From: a virus
DNA length: 64,000 nt
Strand: one strand, 5' to 3'
Virus record (IMG/VR): IMGVR_UViG_3300036760_000306
Span: 52,458 to 116,457 of that record
The position numbers and the translations under genes are program-made. Of the stretch, positions 37,601-47,029 are shown one piece after another; position 1 is the first letter of the stretch, and each line of letters starts with the position of its first letter. The notes below the pieces were generated by a model, which was not told the origin of the DNA, made no database searches, and was given only the letters and a program-made list of their open reading frames with translations.

Positions 37601-38032
37601 GTGGCACGACCCAGATCCCAAAAGTTAACGACTAAGATGACCGTTAGGACAACGCTACCATTAGGTCGGAGTGAGACACTCGGGTCAGCGCAGAACAAGC
37701 AGGCCCGACGTCCCGATGCCCCTGGCTACATCACGGGGATGTTGGGCAAGTGGTTCCTCGTGCTGCATGAGGGGGAAACGAACCCCGCCATCTACAACCA
37801 GGAAGAACTGAAGCTTGAGCCTGCGGCATACTGGCGGGTCACCCACACCCTAGTGGGGCAGCCCTACTTCAAGGAATTCAAAACTCACCGTGAAATCGAT
37901 AAGCATTTGAAAGAGCTTGGTAAGTTGGGCGGTGTATCTATTGCTATCGAAGGCCCATTCTACGCCGCAAAGGCGTTGGAAGAAGGCCCCGTCCCCACCC
38001 GAAACCTTTTTGATCACTTGAACGACGCATGA
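37601..38032 (+). CDS. Hypothetical protein with C-terminal NLFDHL tag
   Basis: GGTGTA-N9-GTG; ends PVPTRNLFDHLNDA. Confidence 0.7.
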   Translation: MARPRSQKLTTKMTVRTTLPLGRSETLGSAQNKQARRPDAPGYITGMLGKWFLVLHEGETNPAIYNQEELKLEPAAYWRVTHTLVGQPYFKEFKTHREIDKHLKELGKLGGVSIAIEGPFYAAKALEEGPVPTRNLFDHLNDA

Positions 38033-38400
38033 CCCAACCAGTAAACTGCGCTTTTCACTGCGGACGCCCCACTTACCGAGGAAAACGTCTGTGTAAGACC
38101 CACCTGGAGCACCAGCGTCAAAAAATGGCGGCGTACCGGGTTGAACGAAAGCAAAATGGGCTCTGTTCCAGATGCGACAACCCGGCTCGCATCATGCCCA
38201 ATGGTAACATCAGCACGCTGTGTGAGAGATGCCGGACTCGTGTCCGTACGTTAGAGCAGCTTGAGCGTAACCGGATAGGGCGGCTGGTACGTTCCATCCT
38301 CAAGGCTAAGGCTGCGGGTAAGACCCTCAAAGAAATAGGAGTCCGCAAGAAGCTCACCGTAGATCAAATTCGGCAACTACTCGCAGACGCAAAAACCTAA
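38029..38400 (+). CDS. Zn-finger/HTH basic protein
   Basis: C/H pairs and a C-terminal HTH-like KTLKEIG...LTVDQIRQ. Confidence 0.65.
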   Translation: MTQPVNCAFHCGRPTYRGKRLCKTHLEHQRQKMAAYRVERKQNGLCSRCDNPARIMPNGNISTLCERCRTRVRTLEQLERNRIGRLVRSILKAKAAGKTLKEIGVRKKLTVDQIRQLLADAKT

Positions 38401-38440
38401 TACCGCCTGATTCCTTTACACTCCTGGTGTATCTGCCCGG

Positions 38441-38836
38441 GTGCCGCACAATAAAGGGATGGACTGGCTGAGGTTGCCGAAAAGAATGGCAATTTACTTT
38501 CGTGACTCCTTTGACTGTGTTTGGTGCCGCTGCGTATTCCCTATAGACCCTCTCGGTTACGGTTTAACCGTAGACCATATAGACCCCTCCAGGGGTCATG
38601 AACTCAGTAATCTCGTGACATGCTGCGGGCCCTGCAATAGTGCCAAGAAAGTATTGACCCCGGACGAGTGGTACGAACGGTTAGAAGAACGTGGCTACAA
38701 CATTCGGCGGGTCAAAGAACGTGTGGCCCGCCAGACGCGCAAGCCACTGAACATGCACGCGGGGAACTGGCTCGCTGGGCTCCGACGCCCCAATTACAAA
38801 AACTACGCTACCTATAAGAAGGCCCGTAAACCATGA
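38441..38836 (+). CDS. HNH endonuclease
   Basis: RDSFDCVWC, LTVDHI, NLVTCCGPCNSAK; GGTGTA-N9-GTG. Confidence 0.88.
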   Translation: MPHNKGMDWLRLPKRMAIYFRDSFDCVWCRCVFPIDPLGYGLTVDHIDPSRGHELSNLVTCCGPCNSAKKVLTPDEWYERLEERGYNIRRVKERVARQTRKPLNMHAGNWLAGLRRPNYKNYATYKKARKP

Positions 38837-39231
38837 CCGACGATCTCGTTGACGACCCTGAAAGTGTTCTGGATGAATCGGATCTGCTGCTTGAGATAGT
38901 TCGATCCATCGTCCGCAACCCTCAAAAAGTGGAAGTGGTGGCCGAACGCGGACCCACCACCACGGTGCTCACCATCACTGTGGATCCTTCGGATCGAGGG
39001 CATGTGATTGGCCGCGAACGTAAAACTATGGAAGCGCTGATTCACCTCTTTGCAAAGTCTGCTACACTTGAGGACCGTCGAGTCATCATACGTTTGGCTG
39101 GGGTAGATCTTCGCCCTCAGCAACGCCCACGGGGACCTCAGCAAGGCCCTCAGCACGCCCACGGGGACCTCAGCAAAGGGGCCCGCAACGTGACGGACAA
39201 ACCGGGCCACGTCGATAAGAGATCCCGATGA
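38833..39231 (+). CDS. KH-domain RNA-binding protein (KhpA-like)
   Basis: IV.NP.KVEV, VDPSDRGHVIGRERKT; the C-terminal repeat has a probable 1-nt deletion. Confidence 0.8.
   Translation: MTDDLVDDPESVLDESDLLLEIVRSIVRNPQKVEVVAERGPTTTVLTITVDPSDRGHVIGRERKTMEALIHLFAKSATLEDRRVIIRLAGVDLRPQQRPRGPQQGPQHAHGDLSKGARNVTDKPGHVDKRSR
39115..39178 (+). repeat. Tandem repeat encoding PQQRPRGPQQ
   Basis: CCTCAGCA(A)CGCCCACGGGGACCTCAGCAA twice; the second copy lacks one A. Confidence 0.8.
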
Positions 39232-40205
39232 GATTGCTCTGGGTAACCGATTGCCATCTTGATCATTTGCGTACCCCTAAGGCAGCGCAGACCTTTGGGG
39301 AGTACCTTAGGGTTGAGCAAGAGTTCGATGCCGTGGTGGTCACTGGGGATATCGCGGAAGCCCCTTCGGTCCGGGGGCTCCTGGAGAGCTTCGCTCAGGG
39401 GGTCGGAAAACAGATCTATTTTGTCCTGGGTAACCACGACCATTACCGGGGCAGTATCGCAGGTGTCGAAAAAGAGATGAGCAAGATCCTGGATCCCAAC
39501 CTCGTGTGGTTGGACCAGGCCCATGACCCCATTTTGCTCGACCCCGACACTGCCCTCGTGGGGCAGGGCGGATGGTACGACGGCCTTCTGGGTAATGCCG
39601 AGAAGTCTCGTGTCCTGCTGTCGGACTTCGCGCTGATCCAGGATCTCAGCCCGTTGTATCACGAACTGACCTGGCTCTTTGAGCACGGGGCCCGTGTGGC
39701 CCTTCTGGACAAGATCAGGACGCTGAGCAGGCAACACGCTGAGGCAGCCAAGACCAAGCTGCTTGAGGCTGTGAAGCTCCGCAAACACGTCATTTTCGCG
39801 ACCCACTACCCACCGTTCGCGGGGGCGTGCTGGCACGAGGGTGATATCTCGGATCAGCAATGGATGCCCTGGTTCACCTCGGGGGCAATGGGGGCAATGC
39901 TCGGGGAGTTGGCGGCAGAGCACCCGGACAACCGCTTCCTGGTGCTCTGCGGGCACACGCACAGCTCAGGGGTCTACGAGCACCTGCCCAACCTGCTCGT
40001 GCTGACTGGCCAAGCGGTCTACGGGGCTCCCGATGTGGCGGGGCTCTTGGCGTTACCGTTGCAGCACTGGGTGGGTAACCCAGACCGCTGTGACCGCTGT
40101 GACGACCAGGACTTCGAGGCTACCGCGATTCGTATCACCTGCAAGATATGTCAGCGAACGTGGGATCGAGGCAACGGTCCTTGGGTTCTCAACTCGGAGT
40201 CATGA
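39228..40205 (+). CDS. Calcineurin-like metallophosphoesterase
   Basis: TDCH, TGDI, LGNHD, THYPP, CGHTH. Confidence 0.9.
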   Translation: MRLLWVTDCHLDHLRTPKAAQTFGEYLRVEQEFDAVVVTGDIAEAPSVRGLLESFAQGVGKQIYFVLGNHDHYRGSIAGVEKEMSKILDPNLVWLDQAHDPILLDPDTALVGQGGWYDGLLGNAEKSRVLLSDFALIQDLSPLYHELTWLFEHGARVALLDKIRTLSRQHAEAAKTKLLEAVKLRKHVIFATHYPPFAGACWHEGDISDQQWMPWFTSGAMGAMLGELAAEHPDNRFLVLCGHTHSSGVYEHLPNLLVLTGQAVYGAPDVAGLLALPLQHWVGNPDRCDRCDDQDFEATAIRITCKICQRTWDRGNGPWVLNSES

Positions 40206-40373
40206 GCTACCAGGCACAGTACCGCTGTGTCCAGTGCCAGCATCGGTTCGAGATCACTCAGGGCGCTTTTGGGTGCCCACCGGGACACCCAAAAGCGGAC
40301 CCAGATACTCCGTGTGGGCGAAGCATCTCTGGGTAGAGTGGCTCAACTACCGGACCCTGTTCCCTTGAAACAA

Positions 40374-40401
40374 AAGGGGCCCTGGTTGCCCAAGGCCCCT
40401 T
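40374..40401 (-). terminator. Intrinsic terminator
   Basis: AAGGGGCC...GGCCCCTT stem followed by TTTTGTTT on the minus strand. Confidence 0.7.
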
Positions 40402-40578
40402 GCTCACTCAGTTCTTAGGACGCTTGTTTTCGAGCGCTACAAGATAGCGTTCATTGCGTTCAACGAGCCCCGGGAGCTTCTGGATTACGGCCAGCACTAC
40501 AGCTAGCTGGCCGTTCAAGGCGTGGTTGTGCTTGACCCAAGTCTGGGCCAAGCCGTTCGATTTTGCTCCAGGCATGGG

Positions 40579-41406
40579 TCACCTGGAAATCGTGCAACCA
40601 TGAGGTACCGAGGCGTCGAGCGTAACACGCCGATCGTTGAACTGCGTCCAAGCCTTTGTGGTCTGGTTTTGCTCAGAGATCCAGAGACGAACCACAGAGC
40701 CCGTGCGGATGTGGAAGGCTCGAACGTAGTACGTGCGACCGTCAATGTGATCGTAGCTCTCTACGACAGCGTTGTCATTCTCGAAGACCAGATGATCAAC
40801 GCCAAGGTTGTTGACTTTGGTGTTGCCAACTGCGCAGTGAAGGTTGGTCTTTTCGCCTGTGGCCTTATCAGTTCCCACGCTCGTGGGGATTAGCAAGACC
40901 ATAGGGTTGACGATGCACCGATGAACGAAGAAAGGTTTGTCCTTAGACCACTTAGAGGCGATATCCCGCACGTAAGCATGCATTTCTGCCCGAAGCTGGG
41001 AAGGGGAGCCCTTTGCCGTTGACGACAGCAAGGGCTCATTGAGATCCAGGTCTTCTAAGAACCCGTCTATCTCATCGGGCTCAGACGGCGGGGCAGCAAC
41101 AGGCTCAGACGCAACAGGTGCTGAATCACCACTCAAAGAGCCTTGAACCAGCTTTTCCACGAACTGCTTAGCAGAAGCGATTACTTCCGGCTTGGCTCCG
41201 GTCAGCGGAAGTGCCTGGAACATGGTTGCTCGGAACTCCGACATTCCAACCGCCAGCTTATCGCAATACTGCAAGCTGAAAGCCCCGTGTGTACGAGTGA
41301 ACTCAACGGGCCACTCATCGGGCGGCAACAACGAGAAGAGTCGCGCCTGACCTGGCAGGACACTCTGAGCGTACTTCGATCGCACCCCTACTGGTTCTCT
41401 AGACAT
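40579..41406 (-). CDS. Hypothetical protein
   Basis: 275 aa ORF with AAGGA SD. Confidence 0.7.
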   Translation of the reverse strand: MSREPVGVRSKYAQSVLPGQARLFSLLPPDEWPVEFTRTHGAFSLQYCDKLAVGMSEFRATMFQALPLTGAKPEVIASAKQFVEKLVQGSLSGDSAPVASEPVAAPPSEPDEIDGFLEDLDLNEPLLSSTAKGSPSQLRAEMHAYVRDIASKWSKDKPFFVHRCIVNPMVLLIPTSVGTDKATGEKTNLHCAVGNTKVNNLGVDHLVFENDNAVVESYDHIDGRTYYVRAFHIRTGSVVRLWISEQNQTTKAWTQFNDRRVTLDASVPHGCTISR

Positions 41407-41455
41407 AACGGTATCCTTTCACGCCCACGCTTAAGCGCAGAGCATTGGTTGACGA

Positions 41456-41596
41456 TCACGAACGAGGCATTGGGAATTCGATCCGGTAGGCAAACAACAC
41501 CTACGTTTCACGAGCGGGCACTGAGAATTCGATTCGTTAAGTGTAGGCAAAACTGCACCCACACTTTATCGCAAGAGGGAACACCACTTGCGATAA
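41456..41596 (-). repeat. Tandem ~52 bp imperfect repeats with hairpins, plus a 10 bp inverted repeat, in the 5' region of 40579..41406
   Basis: Units at 41456-41504 and 41508-41565; TTATCGCAAG/CTTGCGATAA at 41566-41596. Confidence 0.65.
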
Positions 41597-41680
41597 GCCC
41601 CTGTACACCAACGAAATGCGAATCTCGAACGAAAACGACCAGGCCCGGTACGAATTCGGAAAGCCTTTGTACCGGCTGGT

Positions 41681-41887
41681 TCAGGCCTTCACGGTTGTCG
41701 GGAATCCGTTGACGGTGATCCGAAAAGCCGCTGTCAGGATGGCGGCTTGCACCGCCGGGGGAACCGCGATATCCAGTTCCCGCATGGCTTGGTTCAAGGC
41801 ATCCCCGTAGCGAAGCCCGGCGTCTTTCAAGACCAAATTGACCACTCGCTCCAAGACGGGAGCGTACTGCGTCAGGACTTCACACAT
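41681..41887 (-). CDS. Hypothetical protein
   Basis: GGAG SD upstream. Confidence 0.5.
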   Translation of the reverse strand: MCEVLTQYAPVLERVVNLVLKDAGLRYGDALNQAMRELDIAVPPAVQAAILTAAFRITVNGFPTTVKA

Positions 41888-41898
41888 TAGGGCTCTCC

Positions 41899-42156
41899 AT
41901 GGGTAATGTGAAAATTACAGGCCGCATCCCGGCACTTCAAACTTGCGTAACCCAGCAGTGGTCCGCCGGTCAACAACTGGGTAGCAAGAGCTGGAAGACT
42001 CATCGCAGACTAATGGGGACCGTAGCATTCGATGCACAGGCCGCCAAAGGGACCACGCAAGCCGTGCGTGTCATGGTGTTAAAACCTGACGGGACGATGC
42101 TGCGTGACGAACTCCTCCACACCTTCCCTTCTGATATCTACGCAATAGGCTCTTGA
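41899..42156 (+). CDS. Hypothetical protein
   Basis: 85 aa ORF. Confidence 0.5.
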   Translation: MGNVKITGRIPALQTCVTQQWSAGQQLGSKSWKTHRRLMGTVAFDAQAAKGTTQAVRVMVLKPDGTMLRDELLHTFPSDIYAIGS

Positions 42157-42223
42157 CGTTTCGTGGTACGCGGTGTACTGGTCGGTGTAGCTGGTACTTC
42201 AACCCAAACATCAGGAACCGCCC

Positions 42224-42709
42224 GTGAGCGAAAAAACCCTTGCCTCGAAGCTGAGAGAAATTCGTGCCCTCAAGTCCAAAGGATCGGACTTCGAGGTGCA
42301 GACCATGTACGAGATCCTTGCCTTGGAGAAGGCATCGGTTCTCTGGCGTGTTGACGGTACCGAGACGTTTACCTCGGTGCTCAAGCAAGAAGCTGGGATC
42401 TGCACCCCGACTCGATTCAAGGCATTCAAGAAGGCCGTCGCGTGCTTTTCGCAGGCCACGATCGAAAGGCTCGGTGTGCCGTGCGTGTGCCTGCTTGCGG
42501 TCCAGAACCAGAGCGTCCGAGCAAAGCTGCTGAAGGCAGCACTCGCGTTCCGGACAGAGAAGGGGACCGAGCCGACCTACCAGTACATCTCGCGCTTCTT
42601 GGCCAAGCCTAAGAATGACCTGCCTTCACGGGCTCGCCTGCTCAAATACGTCGATGTGCTCAGAGCTGAGATCAAAAGTCTCGGTGGGCGCGTCCCGATG
42701 ATGGAATAA
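42224..42709 (+). CDS. Hypothetical protein
   Basis: AGGA SD; two GGTGTA copies upstream (42172, 42184). Confidence 0.7.
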   Translation: MSEKTLASKLREIRALKSKGSDFEVQTMYEILALEKASVLWRVDGTETFTSVLKQEAGICTPTRFKAFKKAVACFSQATIERLGVPCVCLLAVQNQSVRAKLLKAALAFRTEKGTEPTYQYISRFLAKPKNDLPSRARLLKYVDVLRAEIKSLGGRVPMME

Positions 42710-42729
42710 CCTCAAGGAGATCAGATCAG

Positions 42730-43491
42730 ATGAAAAGCAACGAACTCAAGTTCCTACTGGGCCTGCACACTGGAATCAACAAAGGGTGCGAGGTCCTCGG
42801 TGTCGATCGCTCAGCCTTCATGGCCACCCTGACACGGTTTATCGAGACCGTCAGTCTCGGGATTGAAATGGGGCTCAAAATGAAGGGCAAGCCTACCCCT
42901 CTGATCACCAAGGTTGCCAAGGGCACGGTTGCCAAGAAGGGCAAGACCACTTTCTCAGATCGTATGGTGCAGATCATGGGTTCTGCGACCATGACGTCTG
43001 AGGAGATCGCGGCAGCGGTCCTCAAGAGGGGCGACGCCCCTAAGAGCGAAAACCTTCGCGCCTACATCAGCACCACGCTGTCCGCCTCGAAGACGAACGG
43101 CAAGAAGACGTTTACGGCCGCCAAGCGTGGCCATTACTTCGTGACCGCCACGAAGAAGAAAAACGCGAAGGGTGCAGCCCCCAAGGCCCCCAAGGCCCCC
43201 AAGACCAAGGGTAAATCGGCGGACTTGCACCGGGCTGACAAGGTCCGCACAAGCATCAATGCGGTTCTGGCCAAGGGCGGCGTGATGGGCCTCGGAGAGA
43301 TCACCAAGGCAGCGAAAGCAAGCCTCATTGGACTCAATGACCCAAGCAAAACGGTGTGGACCATCATCTCCAAGAGCCCTGACATCGAAAAGGTGAAGCC
43401 CGGCTTCTACCGCTTGAAGGGCAAGAAGAAGGCCGTGACGAACGGTAAGACCAAGAGCCAGGCCACCCCTGTACTGACGACCCTGAACTAG
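42730..43491 (+). CDS. Lys-rich DNA-binding protein with two wHTH-like modules
   Basis: AAGGAG SD; SENLRAYISTTLS...F....RG.Y and a second EKVKPGFYRL module. Confidence 0.65.
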   Translation: MKSNELKFLLGLHTGINKGCEVLGVDRSAFMATLTRFIETVSLGIEMGLKMKGKPTPLITKVAKGTVAKKGKTTFSDRMVQIMGSATMTSEEIAAAVLKRGDAPKSENLRAYISTTLSASKTNGKKTFTAAKRGHYFVTATKKKNAKGAAPKAPKAPKTKGKSADLHRADKVRTSINAVLAKGGVMGLGEITKAAKASLIGLNDPSKTVWTIISKSPDIEKVKPGFYRLKGKKKAVTNGKTKSQATPVLTTLN

Positions 43492-44554
43492 CGGGCCGCA
43501 GTGGTGGCGAGAAAGCGTTCCAGCACCGTGTGGGCAGTCTTGTCCTTTACGGTGGGCTCTTTCATCGAATTGAGGACCTCTGCGAAGTCCTCATCGGTGA
43601 GCTGATCAATCTCTTTGGCCACAGCAGCCATCACGAGCTGGGCCATCGCTTCATCAGCGGCACCATCGTCTTTCTTCTCGGAGGCAATGATCTCAATCAA
43701 GTGAGCTATGCCGTGCCCAACGTGTCCCATCTCATTCAGTAGGTGCAGGTTACCAAGGGACTTCTTCACGGATTTCAGCGCTACGTGCTGAGCCAAGCCC
43801 TTGGTGAACAACCCGGCGGCGACCAAAGGGCCAGAAGCGGCGAAGGCAGCGGCGGCAGCGCCGATCGCCATATGGGTAGCTACCTCTTTGAAAGCAGCCT
43901 TTTGCTTCTTGGTCATCTTGCCGCCAGACAGTACGGCCTTAACGCCCTGCGATGCAGTCTTGTATTCGTGGACCTCATGTTTGGCGGTATCCACGAGGCT
44001 TGAGAGCACCTTCTTGGGGGCCTTCACCAGAGCGTCCTTAGCCTCACCCAGCGCCCTTTTCCGGAATTCACGTTCCCGAAGAAGTGCTTGACCGCTTTCG
44101 GGGCCGCTTCCACGAACTTTGTGGCGGACTCTGAGAGCCCTTTGAACCTAGCCTTCCACGAGTCGAACTTGCCAGCAGGCTTCGCCTGTGGGGCCTCTGG
44201 AGCCTTTGCTTTGGCTGGCGGGGGCGGTGGGGCCTTTGGCTGAGCCTTCGCCTCTGGCTTGGCTTCGGGCTTCTTCTTGGCCTTGTCCGGGATGGGTGGC
44301 GGAGTGCTCTTGGCACCAGCGGGCGGCGGCTGCTGCTTTGGCGTCGTCTTCCCAGCAGGCGGCGGGGGCGGAGCCTTGGGCTGCTTCTTGCCCCCGGGCT
44401 TCTCATCCGGACCGCCTTTGGCCTTGTCCTCGTTGACCGAGTGCTGGGTCTTATCAGCATCCGGGTGAGCCTTAAGGTACTCGTTCAAGGCCTTGTCGGA
44501 GGGGAACTCCTTGGCTTCACGATACCTGTACGCGACTCGTGCTGCGAGACCCAT
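43488..44554 (-). CDS. Tagged (RVAYRYREA) Pro/Lys-rich protein split by a -1 frameshift near 44072
   Basis: 44554..44024 and 44027..43488 join via the -1 frame EFRKRALGEAKDALVKAPKK; the C-terminus ends TVLERFLATTAAR. Confidence 0.65.
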
Positions 44555-44601
44555 GCAGACACAAAAGCATCGAAGGAATTTCCTTGTACTCCCACAAGGG
44601 T

Positions 44602-44937
44602 ATGACGACCAAGGTTGCCAGGACCGTAGAACGGGACATGCAATACCTCCCGGACATCCGTGAGCTGGAGGGCTTGATTGGAGACTACCGCAGCCTTCGA
44701 CAAGACACCCAACGGGTGGTCCAGCGGCTCAAGTCCAAGGGTCAAGTCGGTGAAGCGGTCTACGAGGCTTTGAACGGAGCTGAGGGCGATGTATCGGTCT
44801 TCGATCTACTGTCCGCTGCGGTAGAGGGCACGCAACGCCTGGATTCGTTTTCACTCAAGGACGCTGTGGATGCTCTGAATGAAGGCGAGATCCACACGGC
44901 AGCCACGCGGCGGCGGTACAGCTACGACCGCCGCTGA
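44602..44937 (+). CDS. Hypothetical protein
   Basis: MTTKVARTVE start; helical. Confidence 0.6.
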   Translation: MTTKVARTVERDMQYLPDIRELEGLIGDYRSLRQDTQRVVQRLKSKGQVGEAVYEALNGAEGDVSVFDLLSAAVEGTQRLDSFSLKDAVDALNEGEIHTAATRRRYSYDRR

Positions 44938-44945
44938 AGCAATCC

Positions 44946-45377
44946 TTACGCGGATACCTGGTTGGGGGCTTGTGCCAGAAGCCAGCGCTCGATCTCTTCC
45001 CCGGTCAGCTCCCACCCCTCGTAAGGCAGCCGAGCCACCACACGGGACTTGAACTTCTGAAAGTACCGAACAGCAAGGTACTCGTGAAGTTGTAATCCAA
45101 GGCGTTCTTCTTCGGGCGGAAGCACGCTGATCCCCAACGCTGCCAGTACCGCCACATGGTTCTCGGGGTCGATCAAGTGCGAGACCAAGATGGCCAACGC
45201 TGTCTGCGCTGGACCTGATCCGCTAAAACCCCACTCGAAACCCGAGGGACTCTTGTTCGCCAGGTCAAGCCGGGGATCCAACGCCCAAACCCCCGTGTTC
45301 AAGTCCTCTACAGAAATCGTGCAGACCTGCGTCATAGGGTTCCGACGACCCGTGTACTTAAAGTAAGCTCTAGACAT
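44946..45377 (-). CDS. DUF6166-like protein
   Basis: NKSPSGFEWGFSGSGPAQ.ALAIL, FQKFK..VVA.LP...W.L...EI..W. Confidence 0.8.
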   Translation of the reverse strand: MSRAYFKYTGRRNPMTQVCTISVEDLNTGVWALDPRLDLANKSPSGFEWGFSGSGPAQTALAILVSHLIDPENHVAVLAALGISVLPPEEERLGLQLHEYLAVRYFQKFKSRVVARLPYEGWELTGEEIERWLLAQAPNQVSA

Positions 45378-45714
45378 TCTTCAACGCTCCCTCGATCAGC
45401 TTGAGGCACCGCTTGCAGTTAACCTCGTCTTCGTTGGTGGTCAAATTTTTGTACGATCTTCCTCGGGAGAATCGAGAGCTTGCGTCATCGGCTTCACAAG
45501 ACCGGTTCGCATGTAGAGCTTGAACCCCTCTTTCTCAAACCGCTTACCCAAGTCCTCGACCGCCCGCCCCAAGACCTTCTCCAGGAGTTCCGTGTCCGAG
45601 ATCTTGGCGCTTGTGGCAAAAACGACAGTTCAACGGACATCGGGACCTGCAAGTCCTGGATGCCTTCGTCAGCCTCAAACCGTTTCAAGAGCGGCCGTTT
45701 TCGATCCCCGTTCT

Positions 45715-45894
45715 TCATCGGCCGTACTTGCGGTCCAGGTAGTCCCCGTCGTCATCGGGCTCAGGGATCGGTTCTTCCGCCACCTTGGGCATCCGTTGCT
45801 GGAGCCAATCGGCAGCGTCGTAAAGGCCGTTCTGGTTTGCCAACCCAAGAAGCGTTTGGAGTTGGTCCGTGACTGAGCGTTGATCTGGCATCAT
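45715..45894 (-). CDS. Small hypothetical protein (59 aa, absent from the ORF track)
   Basis: MMPDQRSVTDQLQTLLGLANQNGLYDAADWL..., directly behind a bipartite promoter. Confidence 0.65.
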   Translation of the reverse strand: MMPDQRSVTDQLQTLLGLANQNGLYDAADWLQQRMPKVAEEPIPEPDDDGDYLDRKYGR

Positions 45895-45899
45895 GGTGT

Positions 45900-45995
45900 T
45901 ACTACACCGTGGCTCAGGGAAACTCTAGTGTTCCGGTGGAATTCAGCCTGGGAGGTTGAAAGCAGACTAGAGTTTCCCGACGCTCCGGTGTAGTA
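45900..45995. promoter_or_regulatory. Divergent pair of bipartite promoters TAGAGT-N13-GGTGTAGTA
   Basis: Minus copy at 45900-45927 and plus copy at 45968-45995; each GGTGTA is 8 nt from an ATG. Confidence 0.8.
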
Positions 45996-46000
45996 CCAAC

Positions 46001-46279
46001 ATGTACCGCACCACCGAAGAACTGGCAACGGACCTCGTGGACGACGATCGCACCTCGTTCACGTTCACGGAAGCAGACGAGTTGGCTAAGACGCTTCAGG
46101 TTTCAACCGCCAAGGTGATCCGTGATCTCAAGGCGTACGGGTTGACCTACTGTGGTCGTCCGAACGAAAAGTCGGTTCGCGGGTTCACCTCGAACTCGCA
46201 TGATCGCTGGAGCGGCAATCCGTGCAGCGGTGGATCAGGGTGGGAACAAGTTACGGGGTTTGCGGGTCAGGAAGGCTAA
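46001..46279 (+). CDS. Hypothetical protein with HTH-like N-terminus
   Basis: Leaderless start behind the promoter. Confidence 0.7.
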   Translation: MYRTTEELATDLVDDDRTSFTFTEADELAKTLQVSTAKVIRDLKAYGLTYCGRPNEKSVRGFTSNSHDRWSGNPCSGGSGWEQVTGFAGQEG

Positions 46280-47029
46280 TATGACGGCCGAAGTGTCCAA
46301 CGTGTGGTCGCTCTGGAGCCCCATGCCCTGGGTCTGCGCAAATGGTCTTGGCTTTGGTGCTGTTATGCGCTACAAAGCGAAAAAGGGTGGGTTTGAGGCG
46401 AGGTAGTGACCCAGGGTTGAGACACCCCCCGTCTTGGCCGGTCGCTATCTCGCCTCAAACCTACCCTTGACACACGCCGTCAAACAAGTACGCGCCATGT
46501 GACCGTGAAAGCGTAGGGCTGAAGATGGACGACCCAAACCAAATATGCGTTCGATGCAAAGAGCCTCTCAGCGCACACGATGAAGCCATGAGAAGTACGT
46601 ATCTTCGTTCTTGGGGGCCACTCCACATGGTCCGCCGCGAAACGATTCTGATCTGTCCAACCGCGCAGTTTTTGGCGGAACCCGTTGAGGACGCCGCAGC
46701 AAAGAACACATGATATTCGCCCCAAGCCGATCAAACCCGAAGTCAAGATCGTCTTGACAACCTCCGGTCCCATACCTTGGGATTTAGACGACGGGGACTG
46801 AAGCATGATCACTATAAAACCACGGCCGCCAGTCGTTCTACCCACACCCTCTGAAAACCGCGAAATTATGTTCCGCGACCACGATGACAAGATCAAGATC
46901 AAGAACCATTTAGGTGAGGTTCGGGAAGCCACTGCGGAAGAAATAGCCGACGTTGAACGAGCGCTAAAGCTGAAAATACTTAAGCCGCACGTCGGCCCAT
47001 AAAGCCGCTCTCCGAAAGCCGAAACGATT

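Noticed and set aside
41456-41596. CRISPR array or c-di-GMP riboswitch (GGCAAA motif)
   Set aside because: Only two degenerate units with no spacer pattern, and the remaining GEMM consensus is missing. Kept only as an unexplained repeat.
44050-44085. Programmed -1 frameshift like tail assembly chaperones
   Set aside because: No proper slippery heptamer, no tape-measure context, and similar 1-nt lesions occur throughout the window.
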